46,975 nt of DNA, from contig NIVC01004406.1 of NCBI GenBank assembly GCA_002269645.1, forward strand, positions 1-46,975, read 5' to 3'. A program made the position numbers and the translations under genes. Shown here piece by piece: positions 34,401 to 46,109 of this stretch; positions within the stretch are counted from its first letter, which is position 1, and every line of letters begins with the position of its first letter. Source of the DNA: Macrostomum lignano. Its lineage: Eukaryota. The notes below the pieces were generated by a model. The model saw nothing but the letters and a program-made list of their open reading frames with translations. It was not told where the DNA came from and ran no database searches.

Positions 34401-37054
34401 AGATTTTAATCGAAAAGAAGTTCCCTATCGACACGGTAACTAAGTCAGGTGACTCGTGCTTGACGCTGGCAGCAGCAAAGGCCAGTGCAGAATTAGTTGG
34501 CCTACTAATCGATTTTGGCTTCGAAAAAAGTCACACAAACAATGATGGCGATTCGGCTGTCTCCATTGCATGCCTGCGCGGTGATGAAGATGTTTTGTCA
34601 AAAATCTGGCCAATTACTGACGAAGACTTAGTGAAAGTCTACTCACAGAAGAACACTCTGCTTCACTTTGCTTGTAAAGGAGGTTCAAAGAAGATTGCTA
34701 AAAGCCTAATTGATAAGGATGAATCCCTTCTGCATGCCAGAAATGGCGACTTTGAAACGCCCCTCCATCTCGCATGCCGCAATTTAAAGGTTGATATTGT
34801 TGAGTTGCTGCTCGAATACGGAGCTGATCCGAATGCTATTGGTGGAAATGGAAAGACACCGATATTTGGCGCTTTACCAGTAGAAGGCGCGAAAGTCAGT
34901 GGAATTTACTCCACTTGGCCATAGAAACTTGTCGCAGTAGTCTTATTAATGAACTGCTCAGCAGAGGTGCAAGCGTTACAGTCAAAGATGCTAAGGGGTA
35001 CACGCCCTTGCTGACCGCTATTCGATTTGGCCAAATTGATTTGGCCCGCGAGATTTTGCGAAGCACCCGGAATCAAAGGACGACGTGAACAATAACAAAA
35101 CACTTGCTTCACGTGGCGGTTTCTGAATCCAAACTGAGCACCCTACGGTGGCTTTTGTCTGAATTCGACTTTTTAAAGGATGCCAAAAATTGTTATGAAG
35201 AAACCGCCTTGCACCTAGCCGCGCGAAAGGCAACGAAGAGATGTACCAGCTGCTGGTTGAAAAGGGCTGGACCCACAACTTGCGGTTAGAGATGGCCGCT
35301 CAATGCTGGAATTGGCGGCTCGCTCAGGAAACAGCCGGTTCGCCGTGACGATGCACCTGGAAATCACAGTGACAGCGTCTGCGAGTCCTTATTTTGCCAT
35401 TTGGCGTCTACTGGTCAGGCAGCAGCGCTCAGGAGTCTTCAGCGACGCGAGTCTTGTAAGAAACAGTCAGGGCAAATTCGTGATGCTGTGATAGCCAGTG
35501 GCAGTCAATATTGCTTCACTGATGCTGATCCGGGACAATCAGAGCACAGAAAGAATTGGCTCCTATGAAGAAACCGCCTTGCACCTAGCCGCGCGAATAG
35601 GCAACGAAGAGATGTACCAGCTGCTGGTTGAAAAGGGCTGGAACCCACAACTTGCGGTTAGAGATGGCCGCTCAATGCTGGAATTGGCGGCTCGCTCAGG
35701 AAACAGCCGGTTCGCCGTGACGATGCACCTGAGAAATCACAGTGACAGCGTCTGCGAGTCCTTATTTTGCCATTTGGCGTCTACTGGTCAGGCAGCAGCG
35801 CTCAGGAGTCTTCAGCGACGCGAGTCTTGTAAGAAACAGTCAGGGCAAATTCGTGATGCTGTGATAGCCAGTGGCAGTCAATATTTGCTTCACTGATGCT
35901 GATCCGGGACAATCAGAGCACAGAAGAGAATAAAAGGCTCCTAAATGAAGCAAATCAGAACGGAGAAACTGCACTAACGCTTGCCGTCAGAGTAGGCAAT
36001 TATCACATTTTTCGGAAGCTCGAGAAAATCGGCTGCAGTCTCGAGGTGAAAACAAAGCGCGGCTACACGCTCGTGCACGAAGCTGTTGCAGCTGGTCACG
36101 AGCAGATTCTGCTGCACTTGATTAGTGACCCCGGAGTCCGGGCGAAAGAACCGGATGTGAATGGAGACACGCCCCTCCTACAATCCATTGTTCTGGGAAG
36201 GACCCGGCTACTGGAGGTGTTGCACGGAAAGCTTGGTTGTAGTCTTAACGATCAAAATTTGTTGCGAAGAAACGCCGCCCACTTAGCTGCCATTGGAGGC
36301 AACAAGGAGATTCTTTTCTATTTAAAGCAGCACTCGTCCAATGAAGAATTTTTCGATTCCATTGACGCGCACGGCGACACACCCCTCATGCTGGCTGTGC
36401 TTCACGGCAACACGGAGGCAGCCAAGTTTTTACTGGAAAACTGCCATGTAAATGCAAGCCATCAGAATGAGACTCAGAGCACTGCTCTTCACTGGGCTGC
36501 TTACAAATCTAATCAGATTGTGGTTGAGGCTCTGCTGGCAGAAGCAGCTACAGTCGACGCAAAGAATAAAGATGGAGTGACACCACTGATGCTTGCTGTG
36601 CAGCAGCGGTCAGTTCAGTGCGTCCAGGCTCTGTTGGACAAGGAAGCCTCCCCGACGCTCGCTAACCACAATGGATATTGCGCGCTAGACTTCATGCTGC
36701 TCTCGCAGGACAGGGAAATTCGGGAACTCGGAGAGCGTCTGAGAGCTGAGCGAGGCCTAGGACCCAATACCGGTAGCAGGTATGACAGAATCATCACATG
36801 CATGAAATCTTAATTTGTTTATTAGCAAAGGTAAACAAACGCACATTTACTTTTTTATTTTAGGCTATCAGTAGGCGATCTGTCGGCTTATCTTACACCG
36901 GAAAGTTCCAGGTTTTTCAAGCAGGCCTTATTTAGGGGCTTGCGCAGAGCAGCAATAGCCCTGTTTCTGCTAGGTAAGGACAGGTTTACAAAGAATCAGC
37001 GTTTCACATTCTTTTTCAGAGATTTTCGCAAGGCCAAATCAGCGGTTTGAGTGA
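31493..37054 (+). CDS. Paralogous giant ankyrin-repeat protein without visible kinase domain; many frameshifts (gene or pseudogene)
   Basis: Collinear with the first gene (PCDLQYKD, SSPLF.AAQ.G, GDSCLTLA, KDGVTPLMLAV). Shares a phase-2 intron after the ankyrin exon (donor 36780, acceptor 36863). Tentative last exons are 36864-36973 and 37020-37054. Confidence 0.75.
35194..35930 (+). repeat. 370-bp direct tandem duplication inside the second ankyrin gene
   Basis: TATGAAGAAACCGCCTTGCACCTAGCCGCGCGAA...CAGAGCACAGA occurs at 35194 and again at 35564. Confidence 0.9.
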
Positions 37055-37438
37055 TGAACCTCACACGCCCCAGTCTCAGAACTGATATCCAAGCTCAGGC
37101 CTCAGATCCTCAGCCTTTTTTTGAAAATCCTCAGTTTTCAGCACAGTTCTATCTATTTACTGAACATTTCGATATGAATAGATACTCTCGAAAATGTATG
37201 GCACAAGCTTGTGCAATATTGCATGCACGTGTATCACAGTCTTTGTTGCTTTTACCGGTTTTTGGTCAGTTAGTTGTCCCTCTCGGTGTGACACAAACGA
37301 CATTTCACAGCGCTATGAGCACCTTAAATTGAAGTACAAACTAATTTTTGTTGTAAACTACTAACATGACAGCTAATTAACGGATTGGCAACACGTGTCA
37401 AATATTGGGATGCCCATACGTACATCAACTACTGCCAA

Positions 37439-37449
37439 ACACACACACA

Positions 37450-37486
<37 letters not shown>
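37439..37486. repeat. (CA)n microsatellite
   Basis: Direct reading. Confidence 0.98.
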
Positions 37487-37487
<1 letters not shown>

Positions 37488-37935
37488 AATGTGCCTTCGG
37501 CAACTTTGTTCAAGGCTTATTCAAGCGCTCATGGCTTTCTATGTTATATTTAACGAATGCTTTGAAAGTATCTTTGCTATTTGAGTCTACCTTTGTTTAT
37601 GGTTGCCGCGAATATCAGAAATATTGTACCAGTGAGCTCTGCAGAAACGGCTGAGCTGGACTATTTTCTAATTGATTCTTGTAGCCCCTCTGCAAATTTT
37701 AGCGTCTTTTTATTCATTGCCAATCCGAATCGTACTAATTCCCTTCACTACACATTTTAAGTCGATTTGTTTTTTCAAAACAATATTTGCATTGCAGCGC
37801 ATCCTGCAGTGTCAAGGCTAAAAAAATAGAAAACTTTTTTGCAGTGATTTGGTTGAATTCAACAACAAGTATCTGTGTTGTCCCGTACTCGTTCATGTTT
37901 TGTATCTCGGATTCAAACCTTTTGTAACCCTTCCT

Positions 37936-38555
37936 TTCAGAACCCACCAGCTCTCAGAACTCACCCTCTCAGAACTCACCCTCTCAGAACCCACCCTCTC
38001 AGAACCCACCCTCTCAGAATCCACCCTCTCAGAACTCACCCTCTCAGAACCCACCCTCTCAGAATCCACCCTCTCAGAACTCACCCTCTCAGAACCCACC
38101 CTCTCAGAACCCACCCTCTCAGAACCCACCCTCTCAGAATCCACCCTCTCAGAACCCACCCTCTCAGAACCCATCCTCTCAGAACCCACCCTCTCAGAAC
38201 CCATCCTCTCAGAACCCACCCTCTCAGAACCACCCTCTCAGAACCCACCCTCTCAGAACCCCCCCTCTCAGAACCCACCCTCTCAGAACCCACCCTCTCA
38301 GAACCCACCCTCTCAGAACCCATCCTCTCAGAACCCACCCTCTCAGAACCCACCTTCTCAGAATCCATTCTCTCAGAACCCACCCTCTCAGAACTCAACC
38401 TCTCAGAACTCAACCTCTCAGAACCCACCTTCTCAGAACCCATCCACTCAGAACCCACCCTTTCATAACCCAACCTCTCAGAACCCACCCTCTCAGAACC
38501 CACCCTCTCAGAACCCACCCTCTCAGAACCCATCCTCTCAAAAACCACCTCTCAG
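37936..38555. repeat. 15-bp minisatellite (CTCTCAGAACCCACC), about 40 copies
   Basis: Direct reading; some 14-bp units. Explains the SEPTL/SQNPP ORFs. Confidence 0.97.
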
Positions 38556-38921
38556 CAAAGGTTTTTTATCCGCCATGAAACGCTAATAATTTTTATCAAT
38601 GTACGTATTTGTAGCTTCTGAGAATTATAGAATTTCGGCAACTATTTTGCATGCTGCAATACGATGGTAATCAATGCAAAACAATTAGACTCAGAGTATT
38701 AAACTGTCTCCCTAGCTCTTGGCATAAAAAGTTGTCGAGGCTAGAATTCACCTGCAGCTTGCTAATTGAAAAGCTGCTCAGTAGACAGTCAGAATCGCTT
38801 TGCTTGTCATTGACAGATGAACCACACTGACTGGTCCGAGTCACGGGTGCCGCAACGGGTCCGTGTTCCTTTTGGACTGGATGGCCCTGTTTGTGGCGAT
38901 AATGTCTGCAATGTGTACGAA

Positions 38922-39507
38922 TGTAATACTGCCTGTGAGATGTAATACTGCTTGTGAGTGTAATACTGCCTGTGAGTGTATTACTGCCTGTGAGTGTAAT
39001 ACTGCCTGTGAGTGTAAAACTGCCTGTGAGTGTAATACTGCCTGTGAGTGTAATACTGCCTGTGAATGTAATACTACCTGTGAGTTTATTACTGCCTGTG
39101 AGTGTAATACTGCCTGCGAGTGTAATACTGCCTGTGAGTGTAATACTGCCTGCGAGTGTAATACTGCCTGTGAGTGTAATACTGCCTGTGAGTGTAATAC
39201 TGCCTGTGAATGTAATACTGCCTGTGAGTGTAATACTGCCTGTGAGTGTAATACTGCCTGTGAGTGTAATACTGCCTGTGAGTGTAATACTGCCTGTGAA
39301 TGTAATACTACCTGTGAGTGTAATACTGCCTGTGAATGTAATACTACCTGTGAGTGTAATACTGCCTGTGAATGTAATACTGCCTGTGAGTGTAATACTG
39401 CCTGCGAGTGTAATACTGCCTGTGAGTGTAATACTGCCTGTGAGTGTAATACTGCCTGTGAATGTAATACTACCTGTGAGTGTAATACTGCCTGTGAGTG
39501 TAATACT
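38922..39507. repeat. 18-bp minisatellite (TGTAATACTGCCTGTGAG), about 32 copies, intronic
   Basis: Direct reading. Lies just beyond the GTGAGT donor at 39599 of the minus-strand gene. Confidence 0.97.
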
Positions 39508-39599
39508 TTAATTTTTTCAGACCCCAATAGGCATTTCCGGTCATTTTGCGGATTTGAAGGGCAGCTCAGCTTCAGCAAATTCCATAGCAGCTGACTCAC

Positions 39600-40278
39600 C
39601 AGCGATGGTGCAGGCCCGGCCCTCCTGGATGAATTCCACCGCGGCGCGGTTCCGGTGGAAGCGGACGGTCGGTCGGTCCATGGTGGACTCGACCTGGGAG
39701 TTCCTGGTGCTCTCGGTGCCGCGGTCGGACTCATCCGTGAGCTTGCTGACGCGAATGCCTGGTGATGTTGGGGTCATTTGTTTTGTCATTTTACACTTAG
39801 TTAAGATCAACAATCTCGATAAAAAATTACCAAATCGATAAGCCAGGCTCCTGTGATAGTCGATGATGATGCAGACTTTTGCTTTCATCAAAATTGGCAC
39901 ATCTTCCAAATAGCGCCTGTAGTGCGACTTCGGTATGTACATGAAGAAGTTCGACGAGATGGCGCTCTCGGCTACCTGGGTGAAATTTAATCGCAAGGCT
40001 GTTTTACAAGGAAGCAAGGATATTTTTAGCATAGCCAACTATGAGGCACTCACATCCATGCAGAACAGGTAGGCTGTCTCAATGAACAGAGCCCGACTCC
40101 TGCTGCCCCTAATCAGAGCGTTGTGCTCCTGGAACAGGCGCTTCACGAATGTGAAAACCTCAATCTTGTCGGTCTGCGTCTGAAACAGCATGTTCACCTC
40201 CACGCTGCAGCGGTGGCACGTGGTTGGCGCATCGCTTGGTATATGATTTCTTAAGGGAGTACATTCTGCCTGCCTGCC

Positions 40279-40315
<37 letters not shown>

Positions 40316-40318
40316 TAG

Positions 40319-40403
<85 letters not shown>

Positions 40404-40595
40404 GCTGTCTGTTTGTCTGTAAGACAATACTCACTCGTGTGTAATCAGAAAGAATCCCCTGGGCAGGAAGCACGGCAGTCGAAGCCGAATGTTGGGTGCG
40501 AACCATTCCGGATTGATGCAACGATAGCGGCGTTTCGTGATCTCCGGATCCGTGCTGTCCTTGGCGCAGTCTCGGCATTCGTCTGAGAGCTCCAT
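39600..40595 (-). CDS. Multi-exon host gene of unknown function (exons ~40595-40435, 40234-40054, 39975-39831, 39758-39600; further 3' exon(s) likely near 38870-38700)
   Basis: Four exons joined in frame by canonical GT(G/A)A..AG introns: MELSDEC...FLITHD/DAPTTCHRC...YLFCMD/VAESAISS...LAYRFG/IRVSKL...RACTIA. No family recognised. Confidence 0.7.
40265..40420. repeat. (TCTG)n microsatellite, intronic
   Basis: Direct reading. Confidence 0.98.
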
Positions 40596-40864
40596 GTCTT
40601 CAGTTTTTAAAGCCAATTAAACTTATAATGATTTTCAGTGTGAAATAATTCGCTAATATATGTATCAGATTGTCAACTCATCCATTCTTATTTGATTCTG
40701 CGTGCAGAATTGCTGATCTTGCACGCTCTAGCGCGCAGAACTGATTTTGTCTATGGCAAAATCTCCTTGAAGTCTAATGCAGCATAGGTGCAGGATTGAA
40801 ATTTATTTTTATAAATTGAAAAGACAACAAAAATAAAGTGCACGATTGATTTTGTCTACAGTGT

Positions 40865-41392
40865 ATGGTTGAACCAAAGAGTATTGAGGTCGCCTAGTAG
40901 AGAGTGCCAATAAGGTTGAAAATCTGAAGCCGATTTTTAGAATCCACCCACCCCCTCCGGTCACCAAGCTTTTTAGTCTATGGCACAAGTTGTGGCTAGA
41001 ATGGTGTACAAGGCCGATGCTCAGAAATATAAGACATTTCACACTTAGAAAATGCATGTATCAAATAAGCAAGACAACATCGCTCAGTCACCAGACTCAG
41101 TTGCCGTCGTCGATACACAACTCCGTAACAGCCATGCCATATAGCCCTTACGTCTGAAAAACAACAGCCTTGCCACTAAAGTGCGCGGTAGCTAATTGCA
41201 ATAACTGCGTTTCTGATGCATCTGTATTAATCTTAAGCATCGGCTTTGTACACCATTCTAGCCACAACTTGTGCCATAGACTAAAAAGCTTGGTGACCGG
41301 AAGGGGTGGGTGGATTCTAAAAGTCGGCTTCAGATTTTCATCCTTATTGGCACTCTATACTAGGCGACCTCAATACTCTTTGGTTCAACCAT
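40865..41392. mobile_element. Fold-back/MITE-like element with ~160-bp inverted arms
   Basis: 40865-41025 is the near-exact reverse complement of 41231-41392 (ATGGTTGAACCAAAGAGTATTGAGGTCGCCTAG...). About 205-bp spacer; no clear TSD. Confidence 0.8.
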
Positions 41393-41488
41393 GGAGGAAA
41401 GAATTCTCCTCCTCCATGGGTTGAACTTCATGGTCTATGATTAAGATAGAATGAATTAAGAATGAGATTCATGAACGCTAACTCTGAA

Positions 41489-41933
41489 GTTTGAGATGGA
41501 CATTTGAGATTTCCGGAGTTTGAGATGGACATTTGAGATTTCCTGAGTTTGAGGTGGACATTTGAGATTTCCGGAGTGTGAGATGGACATTTGAGATTTC
41601 CGGAGTTTGGGATGGACATTTGAGACATCCGGAGTTTGAAATGGACATTTGAGACATCCGGAGTTTGAGATGGACATTTGAGACATCCGGAGTTTGAGAT
41701 GGACATTTGAGATTTCCGGAGCTTGAGATGGACATTTGAGACATCCGGAGTTTGAGATGGACATTTGAGATTTCCGGAGTTTGAGATGGACATTTGAGAT
41801 TTCCGGAGTTTGAGATGGACATTTGAGATTTCCGGAGTTTGAGATGGACATTTGAGACATCCGGAGTTTGAGATGGACATTTGAGACATCCGGAGTTTGA
41901 GATGGACATTTGAGACATCCGGAGTTTGAGATG
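41489..41933. repeat. 29-bp minisatellite (TTTGAGATGGACATTTGAGA(TT/CA)TCCGGAG), about 15 copies
   Basis: Direct reading. Confidence 0.97.
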
Positions 41934-43122
41934 AGTTTTTCTATAGAGTGCCTGAAGCTAAAATGAAGGTATGAAATTCTCAGAAACTTTTAAAACAAAC
42001 ATCGAAGATTATATGAAGCGAGCTTTGATAGCTTTTGGCTTGAGAAATTGATGTCATATTATTTTCATTTACAAAGTATTCAACTGTGCCGTGACTGATC
42101 CAGCACGAGTGCACAGACAGACGGGCCAGGAGGGGTTCAGTGAGTGCTTGAATTAAAGGTAAAAGTAATTTTTGTAAGTACGAATTTGCATACGAGTCAG
42201 AAGTATTTTTGCAGGCTTGTTAGTTTGCGGAATTGACGGAGCCATACTTGAGTAATACTTAAACCTGTAATTGTGGCATTAGCATTGTTCTTCTTGCTGA
42301 GTGTTGCAGAGCCAGATTGATATTCGCAGGAGGGTGAGCGACATGGGGCTCACATTTTTATGGAGCGAAATTTTTAAAACCAAGGGCAAGGCTCATGGTC
42401 TTGTCATTATTTTAAACGTTTTTTTCCAGTAAGACCAATTTAACATTAAAAATCGATTAATGCGTCGTTAGAGCAGCAAGTGAGGCATCTGGCGCGTGCG
42501 TACCCCTTAACCCCCTCTGCCTAGGTCTTGTCCGTTTTATTCAACCCCAATTCTTTGCGTGCCCCCCCCCATTTCTGTTGTGTGTAAGTCAAGCTGCCGC
42601 GTCCGTCCCAGTAGTTTTGATTGGCTGCCAGTCCCAGTCTGCCGTGCTGCGCTCTCGGTGATTGGCTGGCACCTCTCGTCTTGGTCCCATGAGCTGTCTA
42701 AGCCGTCTTTCTCTCGCACCCTCGACCACAGAATATACACAGAATGCCAAATCGAGCGATTTCCATGAAGCCGAATTAAAATTCGTGTGCACTACTCTTG
42801 TTGTGAAGTCTATGGCCAGTAGTATAAATTAGCGAAGAATAATTTAGCAAAGTCTCGCAGGCAGTCAGAGATCCTACCTGGAGGACCAAATGTAAAATTT
42901 TATCATTTCTTCGTATTTTATCATCTTAACAAACCAAACACTCTGAAGAACTCCAGTTAAGCAGAATTCATTCGCATCACAGTTAAACTTCTCAGTTAAA
43001 CTGAGCTTCCTCAGTGGAGTCTGCTGAAATCAGACCATCGCCCTGCGGACCAGGACTGGGCGCACTTGCACTTGCTGTTACTTTGGCCTGAAACTCGGTC
43101 AGCAAGGTTGCGATGCCAGTTG

Positions 43123-43283
43123 TACGAGGGGTATTTCAAAAGTTCGTAGACTTGGTTGTAGACTTAGTTCGTAGTCAAATGGCTCTTGACTGCTCCTTGG
43201 AAAACTTGGAGAATGGAAAATTTTCAAGGGCATATGTTTAAGGGGAGATGGCTTTTCTACGAACTTTTGAAAGACCCCTCATA
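43123..43283. mobile_element. Tc1/mariner-type MITE with TA target duplication
   Basis: TACGAGGGGTATTTCAAAAGTTCGTAGA ... TCTACGAACTTTTGAAAGACCCCTCATA: 28-bp TIR with 2 mismatches, TA at both ends. TACGAGGG is a typical mariner terminus. Confidence 0.85.
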
Positions 43284-44530
43284 TAATAAGTTTACTCACC
43301 TCTCGCGGCTTGACGGAAATCGATGAAATCGGGTGTCCGGAGGGCACTTGTAGGCACAGTTTGGGCATCCATAGACTGCGCACTGGAGTCTGGATTTTCC
43401 AGCCATGCTGCGCAGAAAAGCTCAGACTGAACTTAATTTTCATTTGAAAGCAAAGAATAAAATTCGCTCTTAGAATAGTCTATGGCAAAAACTCAAGCCC
43501 TACTTATCAAAGCTTCACAACAAGAGTAGGCTGGTGTGATTTCAATTCTTGCACCGATTTTTTAAACAAAAATGCTTGAATTTCTGTGTATATTCTGTGC
43601 CCTCGACCCCAGTTTGCTGTCTATTTATTCAGACCCCGTGAGACCCCTATTCTCGTCGTGCTCGTGGCTCTCCGGTGACTTGTTGTACTGTAGCGTAGTG
43701 TGCCCATTGAATTGCGCGCCCCTGCCGCTGAGTAGCGTGTGTAAAACGAAATACCAGAAGAAATACAAATACGGGAAGAATTCCGCTGCCCCGTGTCGGC
43801 GCCGTTTGGGGTTCGAACTACCAAAAATCGCGGCTGGTAAGCCTTCGAATCTGCTAGTTCTTTGGGTCTGCCTTTGTATTAGGCACCTTAGCGGGACATA
43901 GGAATCTACTCTAGATTCTCCGAGTAATCTATCTAATCTAGTATAGCTAGAGCAGATTTGTACATTTCTACACTTTTTTAGACAATGAGCTGTACTGGTA
44001 GGCTATTGCTAGACTGAGTCTTGCGTGAAGGACAATACGGCATCGTGAGCTTCTGCACAAGCTATTTGTTCTGTAAACCAATTGTCTGCTTGATAGCATT
44101 TCGGATGCTAATTTTGCTTTCAAAAAAGAGATGCCGTCTTTAACGTCCATATATTTGCTGCCTTGCATAGTTAACCTAAATTTGCCTGCTTTAAAACGCC
44201 TGCTCGAACACAAAGCTGTATCGTTTGTGTGGTGACTTGGCTGGGCAAATTTTTGTTACTTTTGTTAGCTTGTTTTTATTCAGAATTTTGGAGTGGTGTT
44301 TTACTCGTTACCTGTTTCGTTGCGTGCGCCTTTCTACAATATTTCACTGTACATTCTTACTCATGTACGCTCTGCATTCTGGCCGCTCTTGCTCTCCACC
44401 CTAAAGCCTCATCCACCCAATGTATCGTGGTCAATGTTTAAAATATAAATCTCAGTCGCTTGCCTGGTATCAAGCGTATATCGTTCTACAATCTAAATTG
44501 AAGTCTTTACAGTTTGATTTTTTATTTGCG

Positions 44531-45935
44531 ATGCTTCGCGAAAGCACAGTCGACATTCTGGTGGTGCTGTTTATGAAGATGTGCAGCAAGGTCGTGGACA
44601 ATCAGCTTGGCATACTGTCCCCAGAGAATTTTTTGTCTGTAAACGGTACGTGCCGGCTGAGCGATCAGTGCTTTGACTCCCGAGGCACAGCAATCTTTTG
44701 GATTTATTCCACCAGGTATCTTCTTCCAGTGCTTGGCGGGCTGCTAGCTAATGCCTGCATGGGATACTTGGTTGTAATTCACATCTGCGGTCACCTGATG
44801 CTTGTGTCCTCTATCCTTCTTGTGGCTGCAATCTTTTTGAATTTCATCTGCAGTTCAAGCGCTTTAGTTACGGCAGCCTGGTCGCCTATTCCACTTCTGT
44901 ACGGCCTGATGCAGCCATGCATTGTGTACTGCATCTACCGCTGGTACCCTCAGCCCAGGATTTGGACAATACTCAGCGGTGCCTACTTTTTGTCCGTGAA
45001 GCTTGGCCAGTTCATCGGCATTGTGCTGCCGATGTCTGAGGAGCTAGTCGGGAACTATTACACCCTGGTTGGCATTGTAGCCAGCATAGCGTTCATGGCT
45101 ATGTCGGGCTACATCAATACTGACGACCTGGCTCGGCGCGCCCGTTTTACATTTCCAACGACAGGTCGTTTGATTCGATACTTCAAGATATTTTCTCCAA
45201 TGATTCCGTTTGTAATTTCGGTTGCTGGAAGTCAAAGTTTGGTGTACACTATTGAGATGCGTCACTACATCGAATCAATTGATTCGACTAACACCAGTAA
45301 TGGCCAATCTAACGAGTGTTTAGTTTCACCTGAGTTAATGAAAGTCAGTTGTCAGATCGTGTGGAGTCTGCTGCTAATGCTGGTTGCCTACCGCTCGTCC
45401 AAGCATATATCAATTGAGCTCCGGCTTCAGGGAGGAATCATTGTCAAAGCCCTGGTGGAAATCGTCTTAATATTTAGTTTCGCGGTCCCCACCTCAGCGT
45501 GCCCTGTCTGTGCAGGCCGTGTTCTGGGCGCCTCCGCAGTGGACGGTGCGGCCGAGTTGCTGACCGTGATCGCCGCCTTGGAGATACTGAACGGCGTTGC
45601 GCAACCACTGCAAGCTGTTCGTGATGGGGATCGGCTTCACCGTATGGGCCTCGCTACTCTGGCCGTCAGTCTCTAGTAGCAGTTCTTAGCGCCGTGCCGG
45701 CGGACAACCCGGTTCTGCAACCGGCGCAGGCCGGGCGCCCCTGTTCTATGTCTACCATTTGATTATTGTTGCATTCCTAATCGTTGGCTCGGCGTACTAT
45801 CGATTCGTGGCTTATCCAATGGCTGTAATGCTGTTCCTGTCAGGCGACATCTCTGACCAGGAAGAATGCATCGACGAGGAGCAATGGGATCGGGAGATTA
45901 ACGAAGAAACACCGCTGATCCAATTTACAGCATGA
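44531..45935 (+). CDS. Major facilitator superfamily-like multi-pass membrane protein, intronless, C-terminal frameshifts
   Basis: About 10-12 hydrophobic segments; YLLPVLGGLLA and YGLMQPCIVYCIYRWYP resemble MFS N-domain motifs. An alternative frame after 45690 gives PLFYVYHLIIVAFLIVGSAYYRF...EEQWDREINEETPLIQFTA* (stop 45933-45935). Confidence 0.6.
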
Positions 45936-46109
45936 CAATGTTTAAAGACTTTTATGATTTGTGAAGTACCATGAAATAACTTGTATCGAACCGTAGGCCA
46001 CAGCGCGAAAACTTATATAGGCGTTGACAGCTATAAACGTAGGTAAAAGCAGCGATCATTCGCGATATTGCTGGCTAATTTTAAATACATGTTGATTCCC
46101 AGGTGGCTG

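Noticed and set aside
37849-39734. Long ORFs with SEPTL, SQNPP, CNTACE or VLHSQA repeats
   Set aside because: By-products of stop-free 15- and 18-bp minisatellites, open in several frames on both strands. The 18-bp array lies in a predicted intron.
41428-41918. Three overlapping minus-strand ORFs (MSQMSISNSG…)
   Set aside because: Frame-cycling translations of the 29-bp minisatellite.
43369-43485. Small element with CCATAGAC/GTCTATGG termini
   Set aside because: Only a 9-bp inverted match and no TSD. GTCTATGG recurs nearby, so it may be part of a repeat family, but boundaries cannot be supported.
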